DNA of 63,995 nt, filler included, from Saprolegnia diclina VS20 (lineage: Eukaryota): the NCBI RefSeq assembly GCF_000281045.1. It is 5 parts of 2 records of this genome, joined end to end, with 100 filler letters (N's around TTAATTAATTAA, not from the genome) between each part and the next. Parts side by side here need not be neighbours in the genome. Positions count along the whole stretch, not along the records: positions 25,221 to 47,938 come from NW_008246087.1; positions 48,039 to 60,166 come from NW_008246087.1; 3 more parts are not named here. One strand, given 5' to 3'. The first letter of the stretch is position 1; each line of letters starts with the position of its first letter. Positions 42,056-55,800 of this stretch are shown here, piece by piece. The translations under genes were made by a program, and so were the position numbers. The notes under the pieces are model-generated. The model searched no databases. It was not told the DNA's origin and was given only the letters and a program-made list of their open reading frames with translations.

Positions 42056-42143
42056 TTTCATTCTTTTTGTCGCCAATACCAGTCAAGTAAATACGACTGC
42101 TGTGCAATTCGATGACATCAATGCGTGGTGGGGCGACTATACA

Positions 42144-43170
42144 CTACAGGACATGGTGTAGAATTGGTGCTGCCATGTGCACGGCGATGGCGTGGGCGAT
42201 CTCGACGGCCATGGGGCGGGCCTCGGGCTCCCACTGGGTACACGCCATCGCAAGCGCATGGACCCACGGCGGGCATGACGGCATGTCCATCACGGGCCGT
42301 AGACTTCCTTGAACGACGCGCGAAATAATGGCCGTCTCTGCCAGCGGCATCCCTAGTCCTATCGTGTTTAGAGTATTGTTGCTTGCGTTTAGAGTCGCAC
42401 CGCAATCGTTGCGCAGCGTGTGGTACGGTAAGCAATGCGTGGCCAATTCCGAGAGAAGCACGCCAAATGAGTAAACGTCGACGGCCGTCGTGTAGTGCGT
42501 GTCGAGTAGTACCTCGGGCGCCTAAAAACAAGCAAAAATGACAACCATCCAGCGACATGTGCCAACGCCCAACGTCATCATCTCGGACGACAGTTCGCGA
42601 GACGCGCCAAAGTCCGTGAGCTTGGTTCCCTAGTCGACAACACTATTTTCCGAGGGCTTGGTAGGGAATAGGGCTACTTTGGTCGAGTCGAGCAACACGT
42701 TTCGGGACTTGAGATCGCGGTGGATGATGGAAAGTGAGTGCAAATAGACAAGACCCGCCGCAATCGCCAACATGCACGTCGCCTTGTCGTGCCAGCGAAA
42801 TGTCTCGGAATTTGTGGCACTCAAGACGCCCCGAAGGTCGCCTTGGTCCATCCACTCGAGGACCATCTGGAGCTTGGAAGGGACGCGCCAGCTTGCACCG
42901 AGCGTTTGCACAATGTAGGCGCTCTCCATCATAATCCAGATACTTCGTCTATATCCACGCAACTTGAAGTTGTTACCGAGACGAGAGTTTGATCTCGTCG
43001 ACGAAGCGTGCAAGATAACGGTGCAAAGCTTTATATATTGACTGATGTATACGATATAAGGCTATTATGGTAGCTTATAATGTGCTTTGCAGGCGTTGTG
43101 CATCTCCATCTGCGCTTCCCGGGATAGATCCAACCCACAACCAAAACTGGATCCAACCGCATATTCTAGC
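42144..43170 (-). pseudogene. TKL protein kinase, probable pseudogene
   Basis: FVDEIKL, HRDLKSRN, LTDFG, APE and DVYSFG are present, but the Gly-loop/VAVK region is frameshifted and contains stops. Confidence 0.75.
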
Positions 43171-44670
43171 ACACGGCGGCGTATGATTGCTTGCCTACTT
43201 TCGCGACGACAAGAAGAGGACACGTTCCATCGCATGCCTTCTTGCATGCTCGGTCCATTCGGTACCGCGTGTAGAGGCCGACTTCGCACGTGGCGGCCAA
43301 CTTGCCGAGTTGTTGAGGATGACTTGACGCTGGGGCGTATTCTTGTCATCGCGCTTGCGCTTCTTGCACCGAGTCGTCGGGGAGGTACTTATGTGTTGCA
43401 AGTAGTCGCGCGGTTTACTTCAACGTCGATGAGTTGACTTGACTGCATGGGAGCCACATCGTAGAGACCCATGTCCACAGAGCCTTGGTCTGGTGGGCGC
43501 GCTGTACAGCAGCAGTATCAAGCGCAGCCGGTTGGAAGCTGACAGTGGATGAAAAGCCCTTGCGTGCCGTTCGGCTCGTCGTCAAGGCGTCGAGGATGCC
43601 GCCGAAAGAGCTGCGCTTGGATGCGAGACAACGGCGATCGCATGGGGCGTACGGGCAGTGCACCGTGTGCTGCCGGCGGATGCCGCAGAGGTTGCAGACC
43701 GGAACTCCATTCGGTGCTACGACCCGAGTCTTCGGGCCCGGTCGATCTGCTCGGACTCGCGCTCGGACGTTGCGCGTGCGCTCTTCCATCTCTGTGTGGC
43801 TCTGAGGCAATAGACTCTCGCCACGAAGTTACAAGTCGCGTCCAATGAATATTAGAGAACTTTCGTAGCTAATGTGCAGCAATCCGAAGTCTCCGCCAGT
43901 CATATCGAATATATCATTGTTTAGCTATTTGATTGAGAAAAAAGGCTTGGAGGGGTAGGTCTAGAGTTGGTCGGGTTGCACTTACTTGGTTTATACAAAT
44001 TGCAAGTCTAGTTTATGGACATGACCCTTGTCGTGCTACCAGCCACGAGGGCGCAGTGCTGGTGTGTAGCAGCTTCCACATACAACGAGTGCCCGGTTTC
44101 CCAGTGGCTGCACCTGTTTCCTTCCTTCTCTTTTCTCTCACGCCGTGTCCCTAAAATTGTAGATTGCAACATTTATGGTAATACATTCGCCGACGCAGCA
44201 ATCCCGTGCAATGCTGTACTACTGCGTGCAGTCAAGAGTAAACTGATATCACATCCTTTCTCTTCGTTTGCCTCATTTGAGGTCAGTCAAATCAAAAGGA
44301 AGCGGATCGCCTTTTGAGACAGTTTTGGAGTACGGGAAGCATATACAACACAATTTAAAGGGGAATCGAATGGTGTAGTTCTTATGGACAGAAACGTCGT
44401 AATTCTAGTGCAAATTACGTGTCAAAAGGTCGTCAGGATAGGGCTATTCGCCGACAGCTGACCAATCAGTGACCTGTTGTCCGCCTCCGGCGCTCCTAAG
44501 CTCTGCCATTGGCTCCTGCCGTCTATCACCTTCACCGTTTGACCAATGAGATCGCTAGAAAGCGACCAATCAAAAGCGCTGAAACCTTTGGGCCCTGTTT
44601 TCTCAAAACGTTAGAAGGCCGATAGCGGCTCCTTTTGATTTGACTGACCTCATTTTTGAATTGGCGACGA

Positions 44671-47600
44671 ATGAGCTCAACGGCAAACGAGGTACGACCG
44701 CCCTTGATCACTCTGCAGCATCTTCATCCTATTCTCTCTATGGTGTAGCAAGCGCTCTTGACGGCCGCGTCGACGGGCGACGTGGCCGAGATCCGGCGAC
44801 TCTTAAACGAGGGCGTCGATATCGAGTGCACCGACAAGGTATGTCCTAGGATCTTGGAGAGATGGCGCATGCATCTATTAGGAGCAATGGACGCCGTTGC
44901 ACAAGGCGGCGCACGGCGGCCACGCAGACGCCGTCCGTCTCTTGCTCGAGAAGATGGCAGATGCATCGACTTCGATGCCGGTACAATTCCAGTGGTTGCT
45001 CTCGCGTGCTCATGGGAATAATCGACAACAGAACGGACAAACGCTGCTGGCGTCAGTCATTCAGCACCATCAGTTTGCTATCGCAGACATCCTGCACCCG
45101 ATCTCGTACCCCGAACCACACACGGTAAGGCCGTGGACGGTGGGGACAGGTTGTCGTTACTTGTTTTGAGTAGGCTACGGTGGATGGCATTGTCGTCGAG
45201 GCCGAACTCTCGCGGGGTTCGATGACCTCTGTTCTCAGGGCCACGTACCAAGGGCAATCAGTGGCTGTTAAAGGCCCCCGAATTCCCAACCAGCGCGTCG
45301 CCTGTATGCTTCGCGAAGAAGTGCACATGATGCAAATGTACGTATTCCAATTTCGTAATGTACTGACTAACTTACAGGGTCTCGTCGCCGTACGTCGTGC
45401 CACTGCTCGCCGTCCTCGACAATCGCTCGCGCGAGCCTGTCGTCCGTGACCTTAGACTCGAATTGTACAGCCCCGCGATGATCATGGAGTACATGGACCA
45501 AGGTGACTTGCACGCCTACCTCGAGGCAAAGCGACATGGACAGCCCGTCGCGCTGGACGTGTCGACGCTTGATGTCGCACTTGTGGTCGCACATGCGCTT
45601 GCCGACCTCCATCGGCAAAACATCGTCCACCGCGACGTCAACAGCCTCAACATCTTGCTCTCGACAACTCACTACATTCGGCTCGGTGGCTTCGGATCGG
45701 CGCGCCTCATGGACGATGACCTCATGACGTCCAACGCCGGCACTTTGTTCCGGATGGCCCCCGAAGTGATCCGAGTTGGCCATGGTGGACAAGGCCGAGC
45801 GTACACCACTGCCGCCGACATTTACTCGCTTGGCGTCGTCTTGACGGAGCTCGACACGCTCGACGTGCCGTACGCAGACGTGGCCGACCGCTGGTCGATT
45901 ATGGAAAAGGTCCGCACCGGGCAGCTGCGCCCGCACATGAGCAACTCGTGCCCGAAATGGCTTGCGGACCTCGCCGACCAGTGTCTTGCATTCGACCCGA
46001 AGGAGCGCCCGACGGCCGAGGACATCATCAACGTCCTTTTGGCGCACCGCAACGACGACAATCGCTTGCCAATCGACCAAGGGAACGTCATCGACGAGGT
46101 CTAATCCCGGTAGCAATGGAACGATGACGTATATCAACTAGCTGCTCGCCGCCGTGCGCCACAAGAACGTGATCCAGATGCGGCAGCTTCTCGCAAGCGA
46201 CTTTGATCCTGACGTGCAAGACGATGTATGCTTGGACAGCCCAAATTTCGCACTAACAACTCGACCGTAGGCTGGCCTACCGCTACTGCACCTTGCTGTC
46301 GACGCCAACACTCCAGAGCTACTTGCCGCCATGCTGACATCGGACAAGTTTTCCATCAATGGCACCGACCTCGTACGTCGCTTCCTTGACGAAAATACGC
46401 CTCACAACAGCTAAATAGAGTCACAGCACGCCGCTGGACCACGCTGTCCGCAACCAGAACGTCGACGCCGCTCTCGCGCTTGTGCAGGCCAACGCTCAAG
46501 TCCAGAGTCTACCCCAGGTACGTACTCATGGTTGCAAGCTACAAAATGTTGTGTTAGGATGCGCTCTGCATGTTTGTTCAGACGATCGGCGCCCGTGCGT
46601 TCGGTATGTCGTTGCTCCGCGCTGCGTCCGATGGTGATGCGAGCAGCGTCGACCGGCTCCTGCGTGCTGGTGCGCAACGTCCAGCACTCACCAGCGTACA
46701 CGACTTTCTCTGGATCAGTCTTGATTGTATCGTGCCTTTAGACTGGCGAGATGGCGGGAGCGTCACTGCCCAACACTGATCCGGTACGAGCCAGCCACGT
46801 GTTGTCGTTGTGTTGAAACAAATGTTTAACTGTAGGTTGTCACGAAGGCGCTCGTGTCGGCCGTGCTCCGAGGCCACGCCGCTGCCGCGCAATGTCTTTT
46901 GGATCTTGGCGCTGACGTGTCGACCATCTTGCCCGTCAGTCCAATGATTAGTGATCAATTTATCAACCCTAGTCCTCACAACAAAACACTTGGCTATAGA
47001 ACGGACAAACGCTGTTGGCCGCCGCCGTCCAGCGGGGCTACTACAAAGTGGCAGAAATCGTCTGTCCTCGGATGTACGCTGGCTGCACTGTGGTACGAGT
47101 TAGGGCGTTGACTAGACTCTTCATGTGACGTCGCTAGCTGGTCACTTCGGCCCGTCTCCGGGTCGGGACCGAGCTTCGGAGAACGACTACCACCCTCGTC
47201 GCTAAAGGCACGCTCCACGACAAGCCCGTCGTCATCAAAGGGCCCACGCGATATCTACCTTGGTTGCAGAATGCCATGCGCCAGGAGGTGGCGGTCATGC
47301 AAACGTTCGTACTATATTGTCTTGATCTTGTCCGACAACTTCTCACGGGTTGCATCGGCAATAGACTCTCATCGCCGTATCTCCAGCCGCTGATCGCTGT
47401 CCTCGACGATGGCTCGCGCGAGCCTCACGTTGTCAAGTCGCAAATTGTCGTCGACCAAGAACGCCGATTGTGCAACCCGACCATGATCATGGAGGACATG
47501 GACTTGGGCGATCTGCAAAATTTCCTCGAGAACAAGCGAAACGAAAAGCGTTTGGCCATGGACGTCTCGACGGTCGACGTCGCCTTGGTGCTGGCGCATG

Positions 47601-47938
47601 CACTTGCCGATCTTCACAAGCACGAGATCATCCACCGCGACGTCAAGAGCCAAAACATCTTCCTCTCGACGACGCACTACATTCGGCTCGGTGACGTCGG
47701 GTCGGCGCGCACGGTTGACGAATCCATGACGGCCGGCGTCGGCACTACGCTTTGGATGGCCCCCGAAGTGCTTCGCGTGGACTTTGAAGACAAGGACCAG
47801 TCGTACACCATCGCCGCCGACATTTACTCGTTCGGCGTCGTCCTGACGGAGCTCGACACGCTCGACGTGCCGTACGCAGACGTGGCCGACCGCGACACGA
47901 TCATGGCCAAGGTCCGCAACGGGCAGCTGCGTCCGCGC
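44671..47938 (+). CDS. Multi-exon ankyrin-pseudokinase-ankyrin-kinase (TKL) protein, truncated by gap
   Basis: Exons encode ANK repeats (TPLHKAAHGGHADAVRLLL), kinase 1 (HRDVNS, LGGFG), more ANK (LPLLHLAVD, TPLDHAV, AVLRGHAAAAQCLL) and kinase 2 (HRDVKS, LGDVG). Inr/FPR at about 44650. The apparent stop at 46104 lies in a GT..AG intron. Confidence 0.75.
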
Positions 47939-48038
47939 NNNNNNNNNNNNNNNNNNNNNNNNNNNNNNNNNNNNNNNNNNNNTTAATTAATTAANNNNNN
48001 NNNNNNNNNNNNNNNNNNNNNNNNNNNNNNNNNNNNNN

Positions 48039-48664
48039 TCCCAGTGCGCCTTGACAATGTACGAGTTGCTCAGCGACACCTTGGTGCCTTCGTAGTCGCC
48101 GATCGACGAGAGAATGATGCCCGACCTACACGCGTCATTGCCAGCGCTAAGGACGAAGTGTGGTCGTACCATTTCTGCACGGCAAAGTTGTCATCGGCCA
48201 ACGCCAGCGCCTTCTGAATCGTCTCATGCGCAAAGTACGTGAGCTCCTTCTTCTCGGCCGCGGCCGTCGACGCAAGGCCCGCCACGTCATACGCCGCCCG
48301 CGCGAGCCGCCAAAGGATACCCGCGTCCCGCGGATCCTCTAGCATACGACACATGAGCGTCACGATGGCGATCTTGGTACGCACCGTGGGCTTGCGCTTG
48401 GAGATGCGTGAGCAGTTCACGGCGGTCGTGCGTCGGCGTGTTGTACAGCTCTTCCGCGCGCTTGGCCCGCGTCGACTCGACAATCGGCGCGCTCATGGCT
48501 GTCGACGCCGCGGTCGCGACAAACGCCAAGGCGGCCAGCGGCAGGAGGCGCGCGGCCGGGGCCGACGAAGATCGCAATGCAAGGCTGGACGCGGGGCGGA
48601 AGGCAGGCGCAGCCGTCACGGCGCGGGCGATACGGGCTACATACACGCCATTAGCATCCACCAT
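48039..48664 (-). CDS. Regulator of microtubule dynamics (RMDN/FAM82)-like protein, 3' end in gap
   Basis: ILWRLARAAYD, KALAL..NFAVQKW-SGIILSSIGDYEGTK..IVKAHW; presequence-like N-terminus; 2 introns. Confidence 0.8.
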
Positions 48665-49829
48665 CCTCCATGGCTGAAGGCGGCGTCGTACTCAGACGGT
48701 GCATGCTCGACGGGGCAAGTCGCAAGATGCTCGACCGCGTGCGGCCACGAGGTGTGTTGATGCAAACACGCCCGATTCAATTCGGCATCCCTACTTCAAC
48801 ATGGCATGTGCCACAAACTATATTTTTAAATTTGGCACGCGTCGCCGGTCGAGCTTGCCACATGGCTGCGACAGCGCCGAACTTCGAAGAGCATCGTCAT
48901 TGACTCCGGCGACCAGCCGTCCATGCACAGACGTCAGCACGGCCTAAAGCCGTGGCATCAATGATACCTCCCTCGTGCATGGACCTGACGATCATTGCGT
49001 CCTCGCCGTCGTCGTAGCTCGCCGCCACTCGCCGATGGCCTGTGCCAGGCGACCCCCCGATGTTGCCTGTCGCTAGGCCACCAGTCGACGAACAAAAGAT
49101 ATCAAAAGTTTGGCCTGCGATACGTGTTTGTCCGTCCTCTATCTGTGGCCAACACGACCTTGTTCGTCCATGGCCTCTGATCCACGACAGGCGAGCGACG
49201 ATGGCTCGTGCACGCAGCAGCCGCCCGTGCACCGCCGGACACCACTGCTCTCGTCTCCATACCCACGACGCCTGCAACAACACGGACGATCGTGGCGTCG
49301 GCGGCTCAGCAGAAAGAGGCGGGGAACCGAGCCAGCTGGTGCGCTGGATCGGGCTGGCAGTGGTTGTTGACGCTGGCAACGCAAATATCTCCACCGCGTC
49401 CATGCATACGGTCCTGGCAGGTAGCATTCGCATGTGTACCTAGCGTACCCAACATGGGAAGGTGCGCTGGTGGCTTGCTCGTCGAGGCGAGTCAGACCTG
49501 CGCAAAGGTTCCAAACCCCCATATTCGTTTTTGGCCAATCGCAGGTCGCTCGAATTTTGTGAATCGCCAATCAGAATCGTTGTCGGGATGCATTTTATCC
49601 AATCCAAAAAATAGCCACAATTCACGGCTAATGATATTCAGTGGGTCGCGACATTTAAATGTACGATACGAAATGATATCTTGGTATTTGTATGCAGACG
49701 CATTGTTTCGTAATTAAAACACATGGCCGATGGGAAAAAAGCGCGTCGCAGAATATCCGAATTTCCTCATTTCCGAAAACGAAGACGACGAGTCGTTGCA
49801 ACTCCGCGTCCGGACCAGCAGCAGCAGCG

Positions 49830-52800
49830 ATGGCCCACGAGCGCGCAGAGAGCAACTACTTCATCCTCTCGGGCAACTCGCAGCGGTCGCTGGGCGGTGG
49901 CCCGTACCTGCGCCAAGAGAGCTCGTTCCGCGACCGGCTCGAGCTCCTCGACGTGCTCGGCGACAACCCGAACGACCCGCTCGGCAGCCAGCGGGGCGTC
50001 AACGAGAGCGGGTCCGAGCCGTTTGGCGTCTTTGATGACGAGTTTTCGATCGACTTTTGCTGCGATATCCTCAAGGCCAAGTTTGGCTTCCAAGACGGCT
50101 CGGTCGACAACCAGCGCGAGCACGCGCTGCTTTTGCTCGCCAACTGCAAGGCGCAGCACCGGTCGCACGACTCTGCCAACCACATTGCGATCCTGCACAA
50201 GAAGCTCGTCGGCAACTATGTCGAGTGGTGCGCGTTTCTGCAGATCGACCCGATCTGGTACGCGGGCGCGGTCAACGACCGCTTCAAGAACCGCATGCAC
50301 ATGGAGCTCATGCTGTACCTCTGCATCTGGGGCGAGGCCGGCAATCTGCGGCACATGCCCGAGTGCATTTGCTACCTCTACCACCAGATGATGACGACGC
50401 TCAACGGCGACCTCAACTTTTCGTTCTTGAACCCGCCCATGTGGTACCTCGAGTCGGTCGTGCGCCCGATCTGGACGCAGTGCGCGGGCATGCAGAAGAA
50501 GGACGCGCTCGGCAAGCACCTCGAGCACACAAAGGTGCGCAACTACGACGATCTCAACGAGTTCTTTTGGAAGCCAGCGTGTCTCGCCGTGCCCGTGGAC
50601 CACGCCGGCGAGGCCCTCTCAACGCACGGCAAGACGTACTACGAGCACCGGTCGATCTTCACGCTCGTGCTCAACTACTACCGCATCTTCCACTTCAACT
50701 TCATGTTCCTCTTTGCGCTCGCCGTGCTCCAGTACTGCGTCACGATCTCGCCAAAGGGCGCCGAGTCGGGCTTTTCGCAGTTTAGCGCCCTCGGCCAAGT
50801 GGTCGCGCCGTACTCGACGCGCGATCTCAAGCTCGCGCTTGTCTTCCTCGTGCTCGCCCACGCGGTCTTGTCGGCGCTCAAGTGTCTTCTCGAGGCCGGC
50901 CACGGCTGGCATCTCCTCTTTGCCGCGACCCCGAGCTCGTCCAAGTCGGTCACGTACGGCGTCGCGCTCTCGCTCCGCTTGCTCTGGAACAGTGCGTTTG
51001 CTGGTCTATTTGTCCGCATGATGGTCGAAGGCGCGTCGGTGTCGGGCCCGACGCCGGTCCTCGACTTGCTGCTGCCGCTCGCGCTCGGGTTCCTTGGGCC
51101 GTCGTTGCTACTGATGCTTGCGACGATTCTGTTGCCGACGCCGGTGCTAACACAGTCGTTTTGGGCCAAGTTTATCCGCGAGGGCGACTCGTGCTACACG
51201 GGCCGCCACATGACGCCGCCGTGGTCGTACCGGTCGGTGTACATTGCGTACTGGCTCGTGCTCTGGACGCTCAAGGCCGCGGTGTCGTACTGGATTCTGA
51301 TCACGCCGCTCATGCTGCCGTCGCTTGCGATCTACAACATGCAGCTCACGTACACGACGTCGGTCGTCTCGATGCGCAACTTTGGCGTGATTGCATCGCT
51401 GTGGGCGCCTGTCTTCTTCGTCTTTTGCTACGACACGCAGATCTACTTTACGATCTTCCAAGCGCTGTACGGCGCGTACAAGGGCGTCCGCATGCACACG
51501 GGCGAGTACCACGGGTTTGCCGAGATCTCCAAGGCCTTTCGCTTGCTGCCGCAGCTCTTTGACGCCAAGGTCGTGACCAAAGACGCTGTCTTGCTCGACA
51601 ATGCGCCGACGTCCGATGGCCACCGCAAGTCGATGCTCATGGCGCGCTTCGTGGTCGTCTGGAACGAAGTGATCAACTTTTTCCGCGAAGGCGACTTGCT
51701 CGACGATAAGGAAGCGGCCATCTTCCAGTACGACGTCGCACCGCTCTCGGGCGAGATTTACGAGCCCGTCTTCCTCTCAGCCGGCAAGCTTGAAGAGGCC
51801 ATCGATACGGTGCTCAAGCTCCATGCGAAGAAGAAGAGTGCCAAGGCGAGTGACGCCGACGGTGAGCTCCAAGTCGAGCTGCTCTTGCACGACTGCCTCC
51901 CATCCATCAAGTCGGCATTTAGCGCCGTCTACTTTGTGCTCGACATCCTCCTCGACGAGTCGGACGTGCGTATCTTTGAAGGCCTCGCCGAGATGGAGCG
52001 CATTGCGGCCGATGGACGCTTCATGGCCACGTGCAACGTGCAGCACCTTCTGCATGTGCGGTCGGCGCTGATTGCGTTTCTCGAGGCCGTCCTCGACCTG
52101 CCGCCGCCAGCCGAGACGTCGATGGCGTCGCACACGTCCAAGGGCCACCCAATGCCGCTCATCCAAGAGTTTACGCACCGGTTTGAGACGCTGTTGCAAG
52201 CATGCGAGATGCTCTGCCGCGGTGTCCCGGACCTCGCTGCCAAGTTTACCCATAGCAACTTTACAGCCGCGCGGAACGGCCATGTGCTCGCGGCCGAAGG
52301 CATGGTGCGCCTCTGCAACGACGACGTTGCACTCTCGAACGCGACGCGCGCGCTCTTGCTCTTGACGCTCAACCCGGCGAACGCGATGCCCCGCTGCTCG
52401 GAAGCCAAGCGCCGGCTCGGGTTCTTTATGAAGTCGCTGCTCATGGACATTCCGCAGCTGGCGTCGGTGCGCGAGATGAAGTCGTTTTCGGTCATGACGC
52501 CGTTCTACGCCGAGGGCGTGCTCTACTCGATCAAGGAGCTCCAAGATCCGCTCGAGAACCACGCGATCTTTGCGGCCGCCGAAGAAGCCGGCAAGAACCT
52601 CACGATCCTCAAGTACCTCATCACGATCCACACGGCCGAGTGGGAAAACTTTATCGAGCGCATCAACGTCACGTCGGAAGAAGAGGCGATCGCCAAGCAC
52701 CCGCTCGAGCTGCGGCTGTGGGCGTCGTACCGCGGCCAGACGCTCGCCCGGACGGTCCAAGGCATGATGCTGTACGAAGACGCGATCAAGATGCTGTATT

Positions 52801-55800
52801 GGCTCGAGATTGGGTCGTCGCCGCACAAGACGGGCGAGATGAAGCAGCGCATGCTTGACGACATGGTCATCCTCAAGTTTTCGTACGTGTGCGCGTGCCA
52901 AGTGTACGGCAAGCACAAGGCCGAGAAGAAGGCGCAGGCCGCCGACATTGACTTCCTGCTCCAGACGTACCCGAACCTGCGCGTGGCCTATGTCGATACG
53001 GTCACGAAGGACGCGCTCAACTCGTACTATGCCGTCTTGATCAAGAGCGAGAACGACCGCATCGTCGAAGTGTACCGCTACGAGCTGCCGGGTGACCCGA
53101 TCCTCGGCGAAGGCAAGCCCGAGAACCAGAACAACGCGCTGCCGTTCACACGCGGCGAGTACCTCCAGACGATCGACATGAACCAGCAGCATTACTTTGA
53201 AGAGTGCCTCAAGATGCCAAATCTGCTCGTGACGGCCGACTTGCACCCGTCCGGGAAGCCCGTGAGCATCATTGGCATGCGCGAGCACATTTTCACGGGC
53301 AATGCGTCGTCGCTCTCCAAGTTCAAGTCGTGGCAGGAGCTCGTGTTTGTGACGCTGAGCCAGCGCGTGCTCGCCGACCCGCTCTACGTGCGCATGCATT
53401 ACGGCCACCCCGATATCTTTGACAAGGTCATGTGCCTCACGCGCGGCGGCGTGTCCAAGGCGTCCAAGGGCATCAACTTGTCGGAAGACGTGTTTGCCGG
53501 CTTCAACGCGACCTTGCGCGGCGGTGTGGTCACCCACGTCGAGTTTATGCAGTGCGGCAAGGGCCGTGACGTGGCGCTCTCGCAGATCTCGATGTTTGAA
53601 GGCAAACTCGCCAACGGCGCCGGCGAGACGTGCCTCGCGCGCGAGGCCCACCGCATGGGCGCGTTCCTCGACTTCTTCCGGCTCAACTCGATGTACTACT
53701 CGCACACGGGCTTTTACTTTGCGACGTGGCTCACGATCGTGACGGCGTTCGTCTTCATCTACTGCAAGGTGTACCTCGCGCTCACAGGCGTCCAAGCGCA
53801 GATTGTGCTGCAAATGAACTCGACAGCGATCATCATGCGCAACTCGGACAAGGGCTTTGACACGCGAGCGTTCAACAACCTCGACAACATTATCAACACG
53901 CAGTACTACATCCAAGCCGGTCTCTTCCTCACGCTGCCGCTCATGGCCGTGTACTTTACCGAAGCCGGTCTCCGCCGCGGCTTTCTCCGCTTCTTCAACA
54001 TGATGGTGACCGCGGGCTGGGCGTTCTTTACGTTTCAAGTCGGCACAACGATGCACTACTTTGACACCAACATTGTGCACGGCGGCGCCAAGTACCAAGC
54101 GACGGGGCGCGGCTTCAAGATTACGCGCGAGACGTTTGTGTTGCTCTACAAGGCGTACTCGGCGTCGCACTACCGCAAGGCGATGGAGCTCATTGGTCTC
54201 TCGATCATCTACGGCGTGTTTGGCGTGTTTGACATTTGCCAAAAGACGCCGCAGAGCGCGACCAACACGTTTTCGCAGCAGTTTTGTACGACGGCGCAAG
54301 GCTATGGCACGCAGACGTTTGCGATTTGGTTCATTGCGGTCCTCTGGCTCGTCTCGCCGTTCCTCTTCAACACGGACGGCTTTGACTACGAAAAAACCAA
54401 GGCCGACATTGCCGCGTGGGCCCACTGGATGTTTATGACGGAAGACGACGTCGACGCCAAGGACAAGGTCAACAATGGCGGCTGGATCGGCTGGTGGAAG
54501 GACGACGAGAAGCAGTACATTGGCACCAAGACCATTTCGCGCGTCACGGTCGTCTTGCGCGAGACGCGTCACTTTTTGCTGCTCTGGTACGTCGTCACGC
54601 TCCGGTTCGCGCCAGTGTACCTCGCTGGTGTCCTGGGCGCCGTCGTCGTGACGCTTGCGCTCTTTCAACTCGGCCACACGAGCGGCGGTCTCCGTGCGCG
54701 CGGCCACATCCGTGCTGTTGCCTACGCGCTCCTCGTCACGGTTGCGGTCGTCTTATACCTACTCGGGACGCTCGTGTACCCGTGGAGTCTTGGCTGGCAG
54801 AGCTCGCTGAGCCTCCTCTTTGGGTACCTCGCAGCGCTCTACGGCGTCAACGAGATGGCGCGCGTGTTTGCGTTTCCCACCATGTCGATCGTCAACGTCG
54901 GCGTCTTTGTGCAGCTGGCGTTCTTTTGGGACTTTGTCTTTGGCGCGATCATGCTCGTGCCACTGGTCGTGCTCTCGGTCATCCCGTTCATGAACATTAT
55001 CCAAACGCGCATGATGTACAACGAAGGCTTTTCCCAAGTGCTTTCGGACTCGTCACAGTACGCCTTCTCGATTGCCGGCGTCGTCGGCTTTGTCGGTGCC
55101 GGTGCGTGCGGCTGGCTCTACTATGTGCTCACGACCTTGGCGTCGTCGGCCGGCTTTTTGAGCTACACGTCGGCGTTCCGGATCGTCTTGGCGAATGGCA
55201 ACAACGTGACAGCGTACTTTGTGCTTGGTGGCGCGGCGCTTGGCGCTGGCGCGGCCGGGCTCCTTGGCTGGTACCTTGGCCGTCGGCTCACGATCGTCGC
55301 CGGTGGCTTTGTGTCGTTTGTCGCGATGAGCATGCTCACGGCCGTCGCTTCGTTTAGCGGCAGCGCCACGGACCTGCTTCTCGGCGGCCTTGCGCTCTTT
55401 GGCGTCTCGATCGGCGTGCTCTTGCCGACGATTGCGTGCTACTGCTATGAAATCTCGACAAAAGAGATGCGCGCGCGCATCATGCTCCTCCTCTCGGTCG
55501 GCTTTGTGCTTGGGAACCTCGCGGCAAGCTACTTCAGCTACGGCACGTCGATTGTGTGGCTCTGGCAGGCGTTCTGGTGCTTCCTTGTGTTTGCATGTCT
55601 CACGCCGGCCATCAACTTGCTTCCGGAGAGTCCCGAGTGGGTGCTGGCGCGCCACGGCGAAGAGGCGTGCAAGGCGTGTCTCGTGCTGTTGCGTCGGCGC
55701 CAAGATGTCGCTGCCGAACTCGACGAGCTCCAAGCCAAGCAAGTACACAAGTACAGCGGCACGAACGGCTTGTTCAAGGCCATCATGGGCGCGCTCTTTG

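Noticed and set aside
42522..42545. Apparent 24-nt micro-intron in the kinase
   Set aside because: It lies in a probable pseudogene; more likely an eroded normal intron.
43415..43810. ORF with CNLCG..H...C, a possible gag zinc-knuckle remnant
   Set aside because: Spacing is not CCHC and no other retroelement sequence is recognisable.
51777..54707. Long antisense ORFs (976 aa here; also 838-2307, 40095-41537, 55053-56417)
   Set aside because: Shadow frames caused by GC3 bias of the real genes; no motifs.
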